From assembly GCF_001194135.2 (NCBI RefSeq), contig NC_068994.1, positions 41,359,018 through 41,423,017 on the forward strand: a DNA stretch of 64,000 nt. Reading direction: 5' to 3'. Positions 37,891-50,026 of this stretch are shown piece after piece. The translations under genes were made by a program, and so were the position numbers. Each line of letters opens with the position of its first letter. Position 1 is the stretch's first letter. The notes below the pieces were generated by a model. It ran no database searches, was not told the DNA's origin, and saw only the letters and a program-made list of their open reading frames with translations. This DNA is from Octopus bimaculoides (lineage: Eukaryota).

Positions 37891-38214
37891 TCCCTTCCCA
37901 TCCCCCACACCTATTTCATTATTGGGTGCCACATACCCAGCGTTGTGTTCCTCACTCCACCTGCCTCCTTTCTTTGGTTATTCAATCATTGTCATTGAAT
38001 TGGATTGATGGCAATACCTGGTCATCTTCTTCTTCTCCTCCCTCTCCCTCTCTCTCTCTTTCTTTCCCTGTCTCAAGGCAACAGCTTCTGTTTCCTCTTT
38101 TCCTCCTTCCCTGCGACCTACCTGCCTTCCCTCACCCCCTACCAACTCCTTTTACTCTAGCTGCTGTATTTTGTTACCAAGCAAGGACGCACATGTACAC
38201 ACTAACACATGAAC

Positions 38215-38236
38215 ACACACGCACACACACATTATC

Positions 38237-38269
<33 letters not shown>

Positions 38270-38434
38270 TTCACCACCACCACTATCATCATTATTGTCG
38301 TTGTCGTCACCATCACAATCATCATCATCAATTTCATTATCATCATCATCACCACCACCATCATCATTGTCATCATCTTCACCCTAATTATCATCATCAT
38401 CACCATCATCATCATCATTATTAACCTCATCATC

Positions 38435-38468
<34 letters not shown>

Positions 38469-39103
38469 TCACCACCATCATCATTGTCATCAACTTCACC
38501 CTAATCGTCGTTGTCATCATCATTTCCACCCTACCTACCCCTGTCTTTAGGACTAACATACCTGTACATACACACACAATCAACCAATCAAACTAGTCTT
38601 TATAACATACACATTCTACTCCACAAGTCTCTCGAAAAATCTTTTTATCTAAAGTGATTTAAAGTCTAAATTTAGATTCCAGAAAAATCCATAACCAATC
38701 TCTTCCTCTACCAGTCTGTCTTATTTCACACATCTACGGCTCAGAGGCTGGGTGTTGAGCCAATACTTTTAATCATTTCAACTATTTCAAGTAACATCAT
38801 TTTGATTGTCTAAATTCTTTGGTGAACTTCGTTGCTTTCTTAAGCAGCTGCCGGAATTACTTGATAGGATGCTACAAAAGTTGCCAACACAAACAATCTT
38901 AACTAGTAGGATCTTCACCAGTCACTAAATTAAATGATTGCATTAGATTTAGTTGTTGTTTCTTTTTTCTTCTTTTCTTTTTTCCCTCCCTGTCTTTTGG
39001 ACTTACATATACGTGTACATAACATACATATATATATATATATATATATGTACAGATATATGCATACATACTTATGTACACATATGCATGCATATATATT
39101 CAT

Positions 39104-39139
<36 letters not shown>

Positions 39140-39153
39140 ATAGGCCCATATAT

Positions 39154-39189
<36 letters not shown>

Positions 39190-39202
39190 CTCTCTCTCTC
39201 TC

Positions 39203-39258
<56 letters not shown>

Positions 39259-39511
39259 TAAATATATTTGTATATAAATATATATATAAATAAACATATA
39301 TTTAAGTATATATACTTAAACTGATAGATATATACATACATACATACATACATACATACATACATACATACATACATAAATACATACGTACATAAATACA
39401 CATGTACATACATACATACATTCATACATGCAAACATACATACCTAAATTCATATATATATACTTACATACATACATACATTCATACATACATACAGAAT
39501 ACATACATACT

Positions 39512-39545
<34 letters not shown>

Positions 39546-39650
39546 TATATACATACATATATACATACATTCATTTATACATACATACAGAATACATACA
39601 TACATACATGCATGCATAAATACATACATACTTGCATGCATACATAGAAA
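38215..39650. repeat. (CAT)n/(CAC)n tract (38215-38530) and (TA)/(CA)/(TACA)n tract (39020-39650)
   Basis: Directly visible; unique sequence lies between them (38600-38960). Confidence 0.85.
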
Positions 39651-40069
39651 ATGTTTATATACTACAAGGGTCATAGATGAATGGACAACTCATGGACAAA
39701 TTGCAAACATAGTGGAAGAGGGGGTATAGAAAGTGAATGTTTCTACAGCCTACTGGAATACACTGAGAGTAGGCCCATTTCTTTGGTGTGGCAGCACATC
39801 ATAGTGTTTAGGATGTTGAACTCATGATCGTAAGATGTGTTGTGTAGACTGATGCCAGTGAAATTGTCTCTAAATATGGTAACCACAAGGGAAGACACTG
39901 ATCTAAAGAATGGATATCACTGGATGCTTGATCTTGCCAGCAAGTACTTGACTAGTACTTATCAAACCCCATGACAATAAAAGGCAACGTTGACCTTGTG
40001 GGGATTTGATCTCACAATGTAAAGAATCAGAATCGATGCTGCAGAGCAATTTTTTTACCAATGTTTAAT

Positions 40070-40420
40070 AAGGGTTTCAAATTTTGTCCAAAGGGCAGCA
40101 ATCTTGAAGGTGAGAAAGGTACTTATTTATTTTATCGACCCAGAAAGTCTACCTCAGTGGAATTTGAATTCAGAACGTAGTGACGGGTGAAATATCGATA
40201 AAGTGCAGCGCTCTAACGATTCTTTTCTACTCTAGGCACAAGGCCTGATATTTTGGGGGAGGGGTGCCAATCAATTAAATCAATCCAGTATGCAACTGGT
40301 ACTTAATTTATCGACCCCGGAAAGCAAAGTAGACCTCAGCGGAATTTGAACTCAGAACGTAGCGATGGGCGAAATAGCGATAAGTACAGCGCTCTAACGA
40401 TTCTGCCACCTCGCAGCCTT
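40070..40420 (-). mobile_element. Two tandem SINE B copies sharing private variants
   Basis: Both read GAAATA(T/G)CGATAAGT(G/A)CAGCGCTCTAACGATTCT, unlike other B copies. Confidence 0.8.
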
Positions 40421-40910
40421 ACCAATGTTTAAAAATAATACTAATAATTTTACAAAACTAACAGAAATAAACAACAATAATGTAAAATAAAAATAAGTTG
40501 TGCTGTTTTTATTCAGCAACATTTTAAAACGGTTGTTAAGATGCATGGTGTAAGGGAGGTAAATCATGACCTTACTAATATATCCTTATGGAATTTACTG
40601 TGTGCTTGCGTGTGTGTGTGTGTGTGTGTGCACGCGTGTGTGTGTGCACGCGTGTGCGCGTGCGTTTGTGTCTCTTTGTCTTGCTGTCGTATTAGTTAGT
40701 GTCATTCATTTCCAGTGACACTGACCACAGGGGAATATTACCTCGCTGAGAAACAAGGGAAGGGCAACAACAAGAAAGGCATTTGACCATAGTAAATCTG
40801 GCTTAAGAAACTCCAACTCCAAAAACAGCCTAGTCCTGGGGTTGATTTGCTCGACTAAAGGCGGTGCTCCAGCATGGCCGCAGTCAAATGACTGAAACAA
40901 GTAAAAGAGT

Positions 40911-41160
40911 TATATTGTGTCTGGGGAAAGTCATTCTTTTAGTTCCTTATTAATTTAATACACACACCGGTCTGATTTCCACTCATTTGCTTATTATTTT
41001 TTACTAAAATTTTCGGTGCGACTTGCAACCTTTTCAATAGTCATTGAGCCAGTGAGTATGTTAATTTAATAAGGAACTAAAAGAGAATGACACAATAAAA
41101 ATATGCTTCAACTCATGAATTCACATAAAGAATCTTGCAAGCCACATACAAAAACGAAGT
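40911..41160 (+). mobile_element. Unclassified ~200 bp dispersed repeat with an internal inverted self-duplication (second copy 60075-60300, opposite strand)
   Basis: GTCATTCT..TTAGT(T/G)CCTTATTAATTTAA..GGTCTGATTTCCACTCATTT..CAATAGTC..CATGAATT..ATAAAGAATCTTGCAA..CACATA shared between the two copies. Confidence 0.75.
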
Positions 41161-41534
41161 TCTTGTCATGTCCCACACACCAGTTTATTAATGACAATGT
41201 CATTTTACTATATTCTTCATAATATTCAAAATTAATTGAAACAAAGACGATGTATTTCAACAGAAATACGATAACAAAAGGGTCATATTTTACTGCTGTT
41301 CTGCCATTTTCCAGTGCTTATATGGGTGAACTAGATCATGATGTCAATCAAAAAACATTACTAATCACTCGAGTATGAAATAGATGTGGAGCCTTTTCTT
41401 ATATTTCGATCTCAGTCTTTCACTGTTGCTGATTTTATCAATCTTGAAGGAATAAAAAACACAAATATCAAGTTCCTTCTTTTCTTTCTTTTTATTTTCC
41501 TGTCCTTTTGCGTGTAGAGACGGAGTTATGTCCC

Positions 41535-41830
41535 TTACTATTTTACTTGTTTCAGTCATTTGACTGCGGCCATGCTGGAGCACCGCCTTTAGTCGAGCAA
41601 ATCGACCTCGGGACTTATTCTTTGCAAGCCTAGTAATTATTCTATTGGTCTCTTTTGCCGAACCACAAAGTGACGGAGACATAAACACACCAGCATCGGT
41701 TGTCAAGCAATGCTAGGGGGNNNNNNNNNNNNNNNNNNNNNNNNNNNNNNNNNNNNNNNNNNNNNNNNNNNNNNNNNNNNNNNNNNNNNNNNNNNNNNNN
41801 NNNNNNNNNNNNNNNNNNNNNNNNNNNNNN

Positions 41831-41902
<72 letters not shown>

Positions 41903-42064
41903 GACGGGCTTCTTTCAGTTTCCATCTACCAAATCTACTCACAAGGCTTTGGTCGGCTCGAAGCTATAGTAGAAGACACTTGACCAAGATGCCACACAGT
42001 GGGATTGAACCCGGAACCATGTGATTGGTAAGCAAGCTACTTATCACACAGCCACTCCTGCACC
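41535..42064 (-). mobile_element. Full-length SINE family A with internal microsatellite and gap
   Basis: Head GGTGCAGGAGTGGCTGTGTGATAAG, B box GGTTCAATCCC, central GGTCGGCTCGAAGCTATAG, 3' GCGGCCATGCTGGAGCACCGCC. Confidence 0.9.
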
Positions 42065-42479
42065 CTTGTTCAGATTTTGTTCATGCTAGTTAGCCCCCAC
42101 CCTGGTCAGTTTCTGTGGTCAAGATCTGATAAAAGGCATTCCAGCAATAATGTAGCTAAGACTGTCATATACAGTTGGATATGGGAAAGTCACATTATCC
42201 AGATGTCCTTCCTTTTGAAGAAAATGTGGTTGCTATTTCAAGCAAGCTCAGCAACTGTAAAGTGAATCCCTACATGGCTTTATCTATACATGTCTGTGTG
42301 TAGCAAGGTACACCATCCCACAGTATAAAAATTATGAGTGTACATCACTCATTGTTTGATGAAGAATGACTGTAGAATTTATGGTTGAACAAATGGAAAC
42401 CTACAGTCACTTATGATTATTTCTATATACTCCTATACAGCTGCCACTAACATTAATTTTTATCAAACTTATTTCACAT

Positions 42480-42865
42480 AGATGGCTTCTGTGCCAGTGG
42501 TATGTAAATTGCACCATTTGAGCCCGATCGTTATCAGCGTTGCCTTACTGGCACGTAAGAAAATCATTCAAGCAAGGTCGTTGCCAGTACCGCTGGACTG
42601 GCTCCTGTGCAGGTGGCACGTAAAAAACACCATTTTCAGCGTGGCTGTTGCCAGTACCGCATGACTGGTTCTTGTGCTGGTGACACATAAAAGCACCCAC
42701 TACACTCTCGGAGAGTTTGGCGTTAGGAAGGGCATCCAGCTGTAGAAACTCTGCCAGATCAGATTGGAGCCTGGTGCAGCCATCCGGTTCAGCAGTCAAA
42801 TCGTACAACCCATGCTAGCATGGAAAGCAGACGTTAAACGACGACGATGACGATGATGATGACGC
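42480..42865 (+). mobile_element. RTE-type 3' UTR element (family C) with tandem ~58 bp double-hairpin units
   Basis: GCCAGTACCGC..GACTGG(C/T)..GTGC.GGTGGCAC.TAAAA units, then GGCGTTAGGAAGGGCATCCAGCTGTAGAAAC..GACGTTAAACGACGACGATGA. Confidence 0.8.
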
Positions 42866-43193
42866 ATCTATGATTAACTACGACTGGTTAGGTTCGTTAT
42901 TTTTTCTTCTTGTTTTGCCTTTGTGAGTTACAAGTACTGCTATCTGTTGGAGTTTCAGCACTTTAGCTGCTATTTCTGAACTTCGGTATGTGGTGAAGCA
43001 ACTGTTGCTGATCCCTTAATTATGTTTATACATAAATATATGTATATATACATGCATATATGAGTACGGACATAAAAAAAGAAAACATGGACAGAATGAG
43101 AAACGAGAACATAAAAAACGAACTTTTTTTCGGACAACGAAAAAAACAGAGAATCGATACGTGCAACATAAAGAACATTCCCTTCATATATAT

Positions 43194-43228
<35 letters not shown>

Positions 43229-43837
43229 ACACCCGAACACCAGAATACAAAGAAATATTGCTAAGCCGTTATTCGATGTAAGGGAGGCAACTCCGCATTA
43301 CATATGTGAACATGACTACAGACATTGAAAAAAAAAACACCTACGTCATGTTAATGATAGCAACACACATACACATACACACACGGACACAGATATACAC
43401 ACATACACACGCACACGTGTGAGTGTGCTTATACACTTAATATACTTATTAAAACCAATTCAAATCTGAAAGAAAATCTAAAATTACTATTTGTTCCATA
43501 TAACTGACAGATATTTATATTCAATTACGTTGTTTAATGATTTCGATAGTTAAATATTATCTATTCTGAAATAAGATAATGGTTCGGTACAATGATTGGA
43601 GCATTGTAATAGGTAGCTGCTGTCCATTAAGTTCAAATCCTGCCGCAGTAGACTTTGGCTTATATTGTCCTGAGGTCAATTTGCTGGCTGCAATTTTGTC
43701 AGCTGTCCTCCCTCCCACCAATATTCCTAACCATGTATCTATGTAAGCAGAAGAATGGGTGGGGTGGGAGCAACTAGCAGAATTGGTTGAGACATAGTAT
43801 GTATATGATATATATTATATATATATGATATAGTCTT

Positions 43838-44050
43838 CCTCTTTACTCTTTTACATGTTTCAGTCATTTGACTGCGGCCATGCTGGAGCACCGCCTTTAG
43901 TCGAGCAAATCAACCCCAGGACTTATTCTTTGTAAGCCTAGTACTTATTCTATCGGGCTCTTTTTGCCGAACCGCTAAGTTACGAGGACGTAAACACACC
44001 ACCATCGGTTGTCAAGCGATGTTGGGGGGACAAACACAGACAGACACACA

Positions 44051-44132
<82 letters not shown>

Positions 44133-44296
44133 CGACGGGCTTCTTTCAGTTTCCGTCTACCAAATCCACTCACAAGGCTTTGGTCGTCCTGAGGCTATAG
44201 TAGAAGACACTTGCCCAAGGTGCCACGCAGTGGGACTGAACCCAGAACCATGTGGTTAGTAAGCAAGCTACTTACCACACAGCCACTCCTGCGCCT
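43838..44296 (-). mobile_element. Full-length, little-diverged SINE family A
   Basis: TAGGCGCAGGAGTGGCTGTGTGGTAAG (A box), GGTTCAGTCCC (B box), ACCTTGGGCAAGTGTCTT (CORE-like), internal (TG)n, AGTAAAAGAGTAAAG tail. Confidence 0.92.
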
Positions 44297-44439
44297 ATAT
44301 ACAATGTTATATATGATATATATTATGTTGGACATAATATATATATGATATATATAGTATATTATATATATTATGTTGGCCATATGATATATATGATATA
44401 TAGAATATAATATATATGATATAGATTATGTTGGACAAG

Positions 44440-44775
44440 AGCTGTTGTGGCAATCGAAATCGATTGATAGCACCACATGATTGGTATCCGTGCTAGTGGA
44501 GCGTTAAGAGCACCATTCGAGTGTGATTGTTGTCAGGGCCGCTGACTGGCCCCCGTGCCGGTGGCATGTAAAAAGCTCCGCCTGACTGGCCCTCGTGCCG
44601 GTGGCATGTAAAAGCACCCACTACACTCTCGGAGTGGTTGGCGTTTGGAAGGGCATCCAGCTTTAGAAACTCTACCAGATCAGATTGGAGTCTGGCACAA
44701 CCATCTGGCTCTCCAGTCCCTAGTCAAACCGTCCAACCCATGCCAGCATGGAAAGTGGACGTTAAATGATGCTGA
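44440..44775 (+). mobile_element. RTE-type 3' UTR element (family C)
   Basis: Tandem CTGACTGGCCC.CGTGCCGGTGGCATGTAAAA units and the family C tail. Confidence 0.8.
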
Positions 44776-44818
44776 TTATATATGATATATATTATGTTGA
44801 AGATAATATGAATTCAGT

Positions 44819-45035
44819 AGGCAGCAAGCTGGCAGAACCATTAACACACTAGGCTACATGCTTAGCAGCATTTTGTCCGTCCTTACGTTCTGAGTTCGAA
44901 TTCCATTGAGGATGACTTTGCCTTTCTTCCTTCCGGGGTTAATAAAATAAGTACCAGTTGAGCACTGGGGCCGATGTAATCTACTTACTCCCTCCCCTGT
45001 AATTTCTGGCCTTGTACCAAAATTTAAAAACCAAT
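44819..45035 (+). mobile_element. SINE family B (further copies at 45484-45680 + and 46762-46965 -)
   Basis: AGGCAGCAAGCTGGCAGAACCATTAAC..GAGTTCGAATTCC..GCCTTGTACCAAAATTT. Confidence 0.85.
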
Positions 45036-45101
45036 ATACCTTCAGCATCATGATATATATATATATGTATGTGTGTATATATATGTACATATATACACAC
45101 A

Positions 45102-45167
<66 letters not shown>

Positions 45168-45679
45168 CATACATATACACACACATATATACACACATAT
45201 ACATGTATTTAACTGCATTGATCTGTTTTAGAGGCTGTCCTTGGTTTTGTCATAATTCATAATTATTCATTTTTTAAAGGTTCATCATTTGAACTTTCTA
45301 CCATAATTTTCAATTAAGTTAGAACCTTTTGTTAAATTATATTCCTAGCACCAGATTAAAAATGGTAAAGTTAGTTATTTGACTATATTCCGAAAATTCA
45401 TGTTGCGTCTGAGCACTGTGCGTAAGAAATCTATTTTTATTATTATTTTTATTATTCTAATTATTATCATTATTATTACTATTAAGGCAGCACAACCAAG
45501 CAGAATGCTTAGCGGCATTTTGTCTGTCTTTACGTTCTGAGTTCAAATTGTCCCAAGGTCAACTTTGCTTTACATCCTTTTGGGGTCAATAAATTAAGTA
45601 TCAGTTGAGTACTGGGGTCGATAGGATCAGCTATCCCCTTCCCCACAAGTTTCAGACCTTGTGCCTATAATAGAAATGA

Positions 45680-46165
45680 TTATTATAATTATTATTATTG
45701 AGGGAGAGAACAGTGCATGCCATCAAAGTGACACTGAATTATAAATATATGTAGCTCAGTATACCCATCATATAAGGGTACTACCCATCTGATAAGGGTA
45801 CACCAGACACATGCATCATGATCATATGTGCTGAACATGGTGATCTCATATCAAGATAAATGGTGCATGACTTTGCAGGTGGAGCCTAGTTAGAATTTTC
45901 TTCAGATTAAGTAGCCTGACCCACTCAAGAGGTCCCTGAATAAGGGTTGTTTAACGATGTTGAATGAAAGACCCATGTTTCCAGAGGTGAATTATTCAAA
46001 CCCCAGAGTATTCCTCTCAACACATGGCTATGATCCTCCCCCACTACTTCTGCTCCTGATCAGAGATGCACATATTGTCAGCTGCTAAGAGACAGGCTGA
46101 ACTGGTTAAGGTAAAACAACTGACATACAAACTTGTGGTACTGAGCAAACTAGTTGCTATAGCCC
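45680..46165 (-). mobile_element. Non-coding retroposon 3' region ending in an (AAT)n tail, family not determined
   Basis: Minus strand ends CATGCACTGTTCTCTCCCTCAATAATAATAAT; more GC-rich than the flanks; no ORF. Confidence 0.45.
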
Positions 46166-46174
46166 AAAGGCGTG

Positions 46175-46750
46175 CAGGAAGAAACCATTCTGCACTTCCT
46201 CATTCAGTTGTTCTGGCATTGCTGACTTCTGGTGTTGTCGAACAGCTGTTGTCATGTGTGGGACAGATCTGTCTGTTGGCCGAGTCTGTAGTGATGATTT
46301 CCCCACTGCCCTCCTTCAGTTGGGCAGGAAAAGCAGTTTTCCTTTGCATGGTGGCATTGGCGAAAGAGATTGTTAGGTAGACAAGGCTGAAAGGCATGAG
46401 GACAAATACATTCCTCTTTGGTAGAGCTCACATTGACTTCAAGTTTCACTTGAAAAGGAAATTGAGAGTGGAGAGGGAAGTGTTGTCCTCAAGCGAGTTT
46501 ATTGAAAGGTGGGTGAAAGTTGCAAATATGGCAAGAGTGGATGGTACCTCTCTAAGTGTAGACCTTTGAGTCAGAGAGAAAGAATTGAAGAGGGCACTTG
46601 CTCTTTGGGTTTCAGGGAAATCTCGGACAGAGGGGTTCCTCAATTATCCCTAGAGGCCTTCCTGTATCAGGAGGACCACCCTGTGCACAGGATGACAAAA
46701 CTGTCCTGCAGGCACTCGTCCAATGTCTGTGCATTACAGATTTGTGATAC
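46175..46750 (+). pseudogene. L1/Tx1-like LINE ORF2 C-terminus, plus a second short Cys/His-region fragment
   Basis: ETILH..VEQLLSCVGQICLLAES..FLCMVALAKEIVR*TRLKG..FKFHLKRKLRVERE..FIERWVKV..L* (AK..(W)..R and F...W pattern); second piece DDKTVLQALVQC..ITDL at ~46690-46745. Confidence 0.65.
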
Positions 46751-47027
46751 TTTGTTGATTATTATTCTTTCCTACTCTAGACACAAGGCCCAAAATTTTG
46801 GAGTAGGGAGCCAGTCAATTAGATCAACCCCAGTCTGCAACTGGTACTTAATTTATCGACCCTGAAAGGTTGAAAAGCAAAGTCGACCTCGGCAGAATTT
46901 GAACTCAGATCATAAAGACAGACGAAATACTGCTAAGCATTTCAGCCAGCGTGCTAACATCTTACCAATGTAATTGACTTGTCCCCACCCCACAAAATTT
47001 CAGGCCTTGTGCTTTTAGTAGAAATGA

Positions 47028-47058
<31 letters not shown>

Positions 47059-48009
47059 TATTATTGTTGTTGTTGCTGCTTTGAATTGTTTGTTATTTTC
47101 AAAATTAATTGAAACACACCAAACAAGGATATGGTTACAAAAGGGTTAAATTTATGTCAGTAGTCTGACAGCAGCCTATTGATTCAACCATTCCCTACTG
47201 TTGCTAAGGATTTAGCACTAAATATATATGTGTGTATATATATATATACACGCATACATTCAGTGTATGTTGAATCTATCTATCTGCCACTCTCTCTCTC
47301 TCTCTCACTCTCTCTCTCTTACTCTCTCTCACACTCTCTCTCTCACTCCCTTTCTCTCAGCTTGTGAAACAGACACGCCAACGCTAGAGCTGCTATGTGA
47401 TTATACTATAGGCAGGAGAGAGTAGCTAATTCACCCTCAGATTATACTCTGATGTCTTGAAAAGAAGAAAAGACACATGAAGTAATGTAGTCCTAGATAC
47501 ACAATGCTTAAGTAAAAAACAGGATTGTATTGGCTGATATGCTGTTGGTTGTAGATTTGTTTGATCAGGATTGACTCACTGAGGGGGGGTCATCCCCTTT
47601 GTGGTCGCACAACTTACTAGAAACAGCAGCCAAATCTCCTTCAGTTCACATCCTAGTTTTTAAGTAAAAGGTTTTATTGNNNNNNNNNNNNNNNNNNNNN
47701 NNNNNNNNNNNNNNNNNNNNNNNNNNNNNNNNNNNNNNNNNNNNNNNNNNNNNNNNNNNNNNNNNNNNNNNNNNNNNNNNNNNNNNNNNNNNNNNNNNNN
47801 NNNNNNNNNNNNNNNNNNNNNNNNNNNNNNNNNNNNNNNNNNNNNNNNNNNNNNNNNNNNNNNNNNNNNNNNNNNNNNNNNNNNNNNNNNNNNNNNNNNN
47901 NNNNNNNNNNNNNNNNNNNNNNNNNNNNNNNNNNNNNNNNNNNNNNNNNNNNNNNNNNNNNNNNNNNNNNNNNNNNNNNNNNNNNNNNNNGCGCGCGTGT
48001 GTGTGTGTG

Positions 48010-48125
48010 TGTGTGTTTGCACATGCGTGTGTGTGTTTGCACATGCGTGTGTGTGTTTGCACATGCGTGTGTGTGTTTGCGCATGCGTGTGTGTGTTTGC
48101 GCATGTGTGAGTGTGTGTGCATGTG
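48010..48125. repeat. 20-bp minisatellite (GTGTGTGTTTGC(A/G)CATGCGT)x~5
   Basis: Directly visible. Confidence 0.85.
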
Positions 48126-48838
48126 AGTATATGTGTGTGAGCATGTGTAAGTGTATGTGTGTGTAACTATATGTGCGTGTAACTATATGTGCGTGTGAGT
48201 GTGTGTAAGTATATGTGTGTGAGTAACTGTATGAATGTATGTAAGTATGGGTGTGTGTAAGTGTGTGTTTGTAAGTGTGTGTCTGTGTGTGTGTGTGTGT
48301 GTGTGTATCCTAGCCATAGTAGTCTCCCTAAAATTTTCACTGGCAGTGCCCCAGCCTTAGGGCTGAAATGTAAAAGAATAAAAGAATATGTGTGCAAAGA
48401 ATAAGTCCTGGGGTCGATTTGCTCGACTAAAGGCGATGCTCCAGCATGGCTGCAGTCAAATGACTGAAACAAGTAAAAGAGTAAAAAAGAGTAAAGCTTG
48501 TTTCTGATGATGGAGTACCCAGTGTGTGTGGACATGCTAACCTACCACTTAGGTTATCCCAGGAATGGCTGTAAGACTTCAAATTCGTCTTACCCTAATT
48601 AGATTATTGTAAGTGACTTGAGATATTCGTTCCTCCTTGGTTTTGTTTTTTTCCTTTAATATAGTATATACCTGCTATAACAGAACCCTAATACAGACCC
48701 CTAGATCCAGCCTCAGCTGTGAACTTGAAACCTAGCAGATGACCAGCTATTGCACTTACTCAGTGTACCTATTTGTTAAGATCACAAGTGAACTAAACAC
48801 CTCATATTCTTTATATACATACACACACACATATATAA

Positions 48839-48878
<40 letters not shown>

Positions 48879-49650
48879 ATGATAACATGTGTGTGTGTGT
48901 GAGTTTATATATATATATATATGTGTGTATATAATGAGAGAGAGAGAGAGATGGGGAGGGAGAAAGACCAGTTGCAGGATTCGTTAGAATCTAGGTATAT
49001 CAACATATAGGGTGCCAGGATTAGTTGGGTACATAGTACTGGCCCTTCAGTACATTAAAGAAATTCTTAGCTGTTGTCTCTTGGTAGTGTGCTGTAAATA
49101 ATATATATATATATANNNNNNNNNNNNNNNNNNNNNNNNNNNNNNNNNNNNNNNNNNNNNNNNNNNNNNNNNNNNNNNNNNNNNNNNNNNNNNNNNNNNN
49201 NNNNNNNNNNNNNNNNNNNNNNNNNNNNNNNNNNNNNNNNNNNNNNNNNNNNNNNNNNNNNNNNNNNNNNNNNNNNNNNNNNNNNNNNNNNNNNNNNNNN
49301 NNNNNNNNNNNNNNNNNNNNNNNNNNNNNNNNNNNNNNNNNNNNNNNNNNNNNNNNNNNNNNNNNNNNNNNNNNNNNNNNNNNNNNNNNNNNNNNNNNNN
49401 NNNNNNNNNNNNNNNNNNNNNNNNNNNNNNNNNNNNNNNNNNNNNNNNNNNNNNNNNNNNNNNNNNNNNNNNNNNNNNNNNNNNNNNNNNNNNNNNNNNN
49501 TATATATATATATATATATATATACGTCTCTATATACACAAATATATGCCTAGATAGATACATATATACACAGGTATCTAATCCAATGTAAACGGCAGAT
49601 CCAACCCAGGGATGGCTCCAAATGTAGCTTATGTATGAAAGAAGAATGCA

Positions 49651-49953
49651 AGTGGGGTTCAAAATTCACAACAGCTGTTTCAGTAGAATTTTATTGATGC
49701 ATTTTCATGGCAAAATCTCACCATAATCAAGTAGATTTTAAACATATAAACAAGTAAGGTAGAAATAGAAGATGACTAATTCACCAACTACCATGCTGGT
49801 TGGTAAACTAGTCATCTTCTATTTCTACCTTACCTTTTATATATCTATATGTTTAAAATTTACCTGACTATGGTGGATTTTTGCCATGATATATTCTGAG
49901 AATGCATGAGTAAAATGCTGCTGAAGCAGGTGTTGTAAATTTTGAACCTCACT
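49651..49953. mobile_element. Foldback MITE / ~300 bp palindrome
   Basis: Arms of ~140 bp (AGTGGGGTTCAAAATT..GTAAGGTAGAAATAGAAGATGACTA..CCAAC / GTTGG..TAGTCATCTTCTATTTCTACCTTAC..AATTTTGAACCTCACT) around a 10-nt loop at 49789-49798. Confidence 0.85.
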
Positions 49954-49983
49954 CATGTGTTTCTGTTATACAAACATACATAT

Positions 49984-50026
<43 letters not shown>

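Noticed and set aside
41005-41045. Half-hammerhead (GTTGC/GCACC stem followed by GAAA, minus strand) as a functional ribozyme
   Set aside because: The upstream core reads TTGAAAAG rather than CUGANGA and there is no convincing stem I or III.
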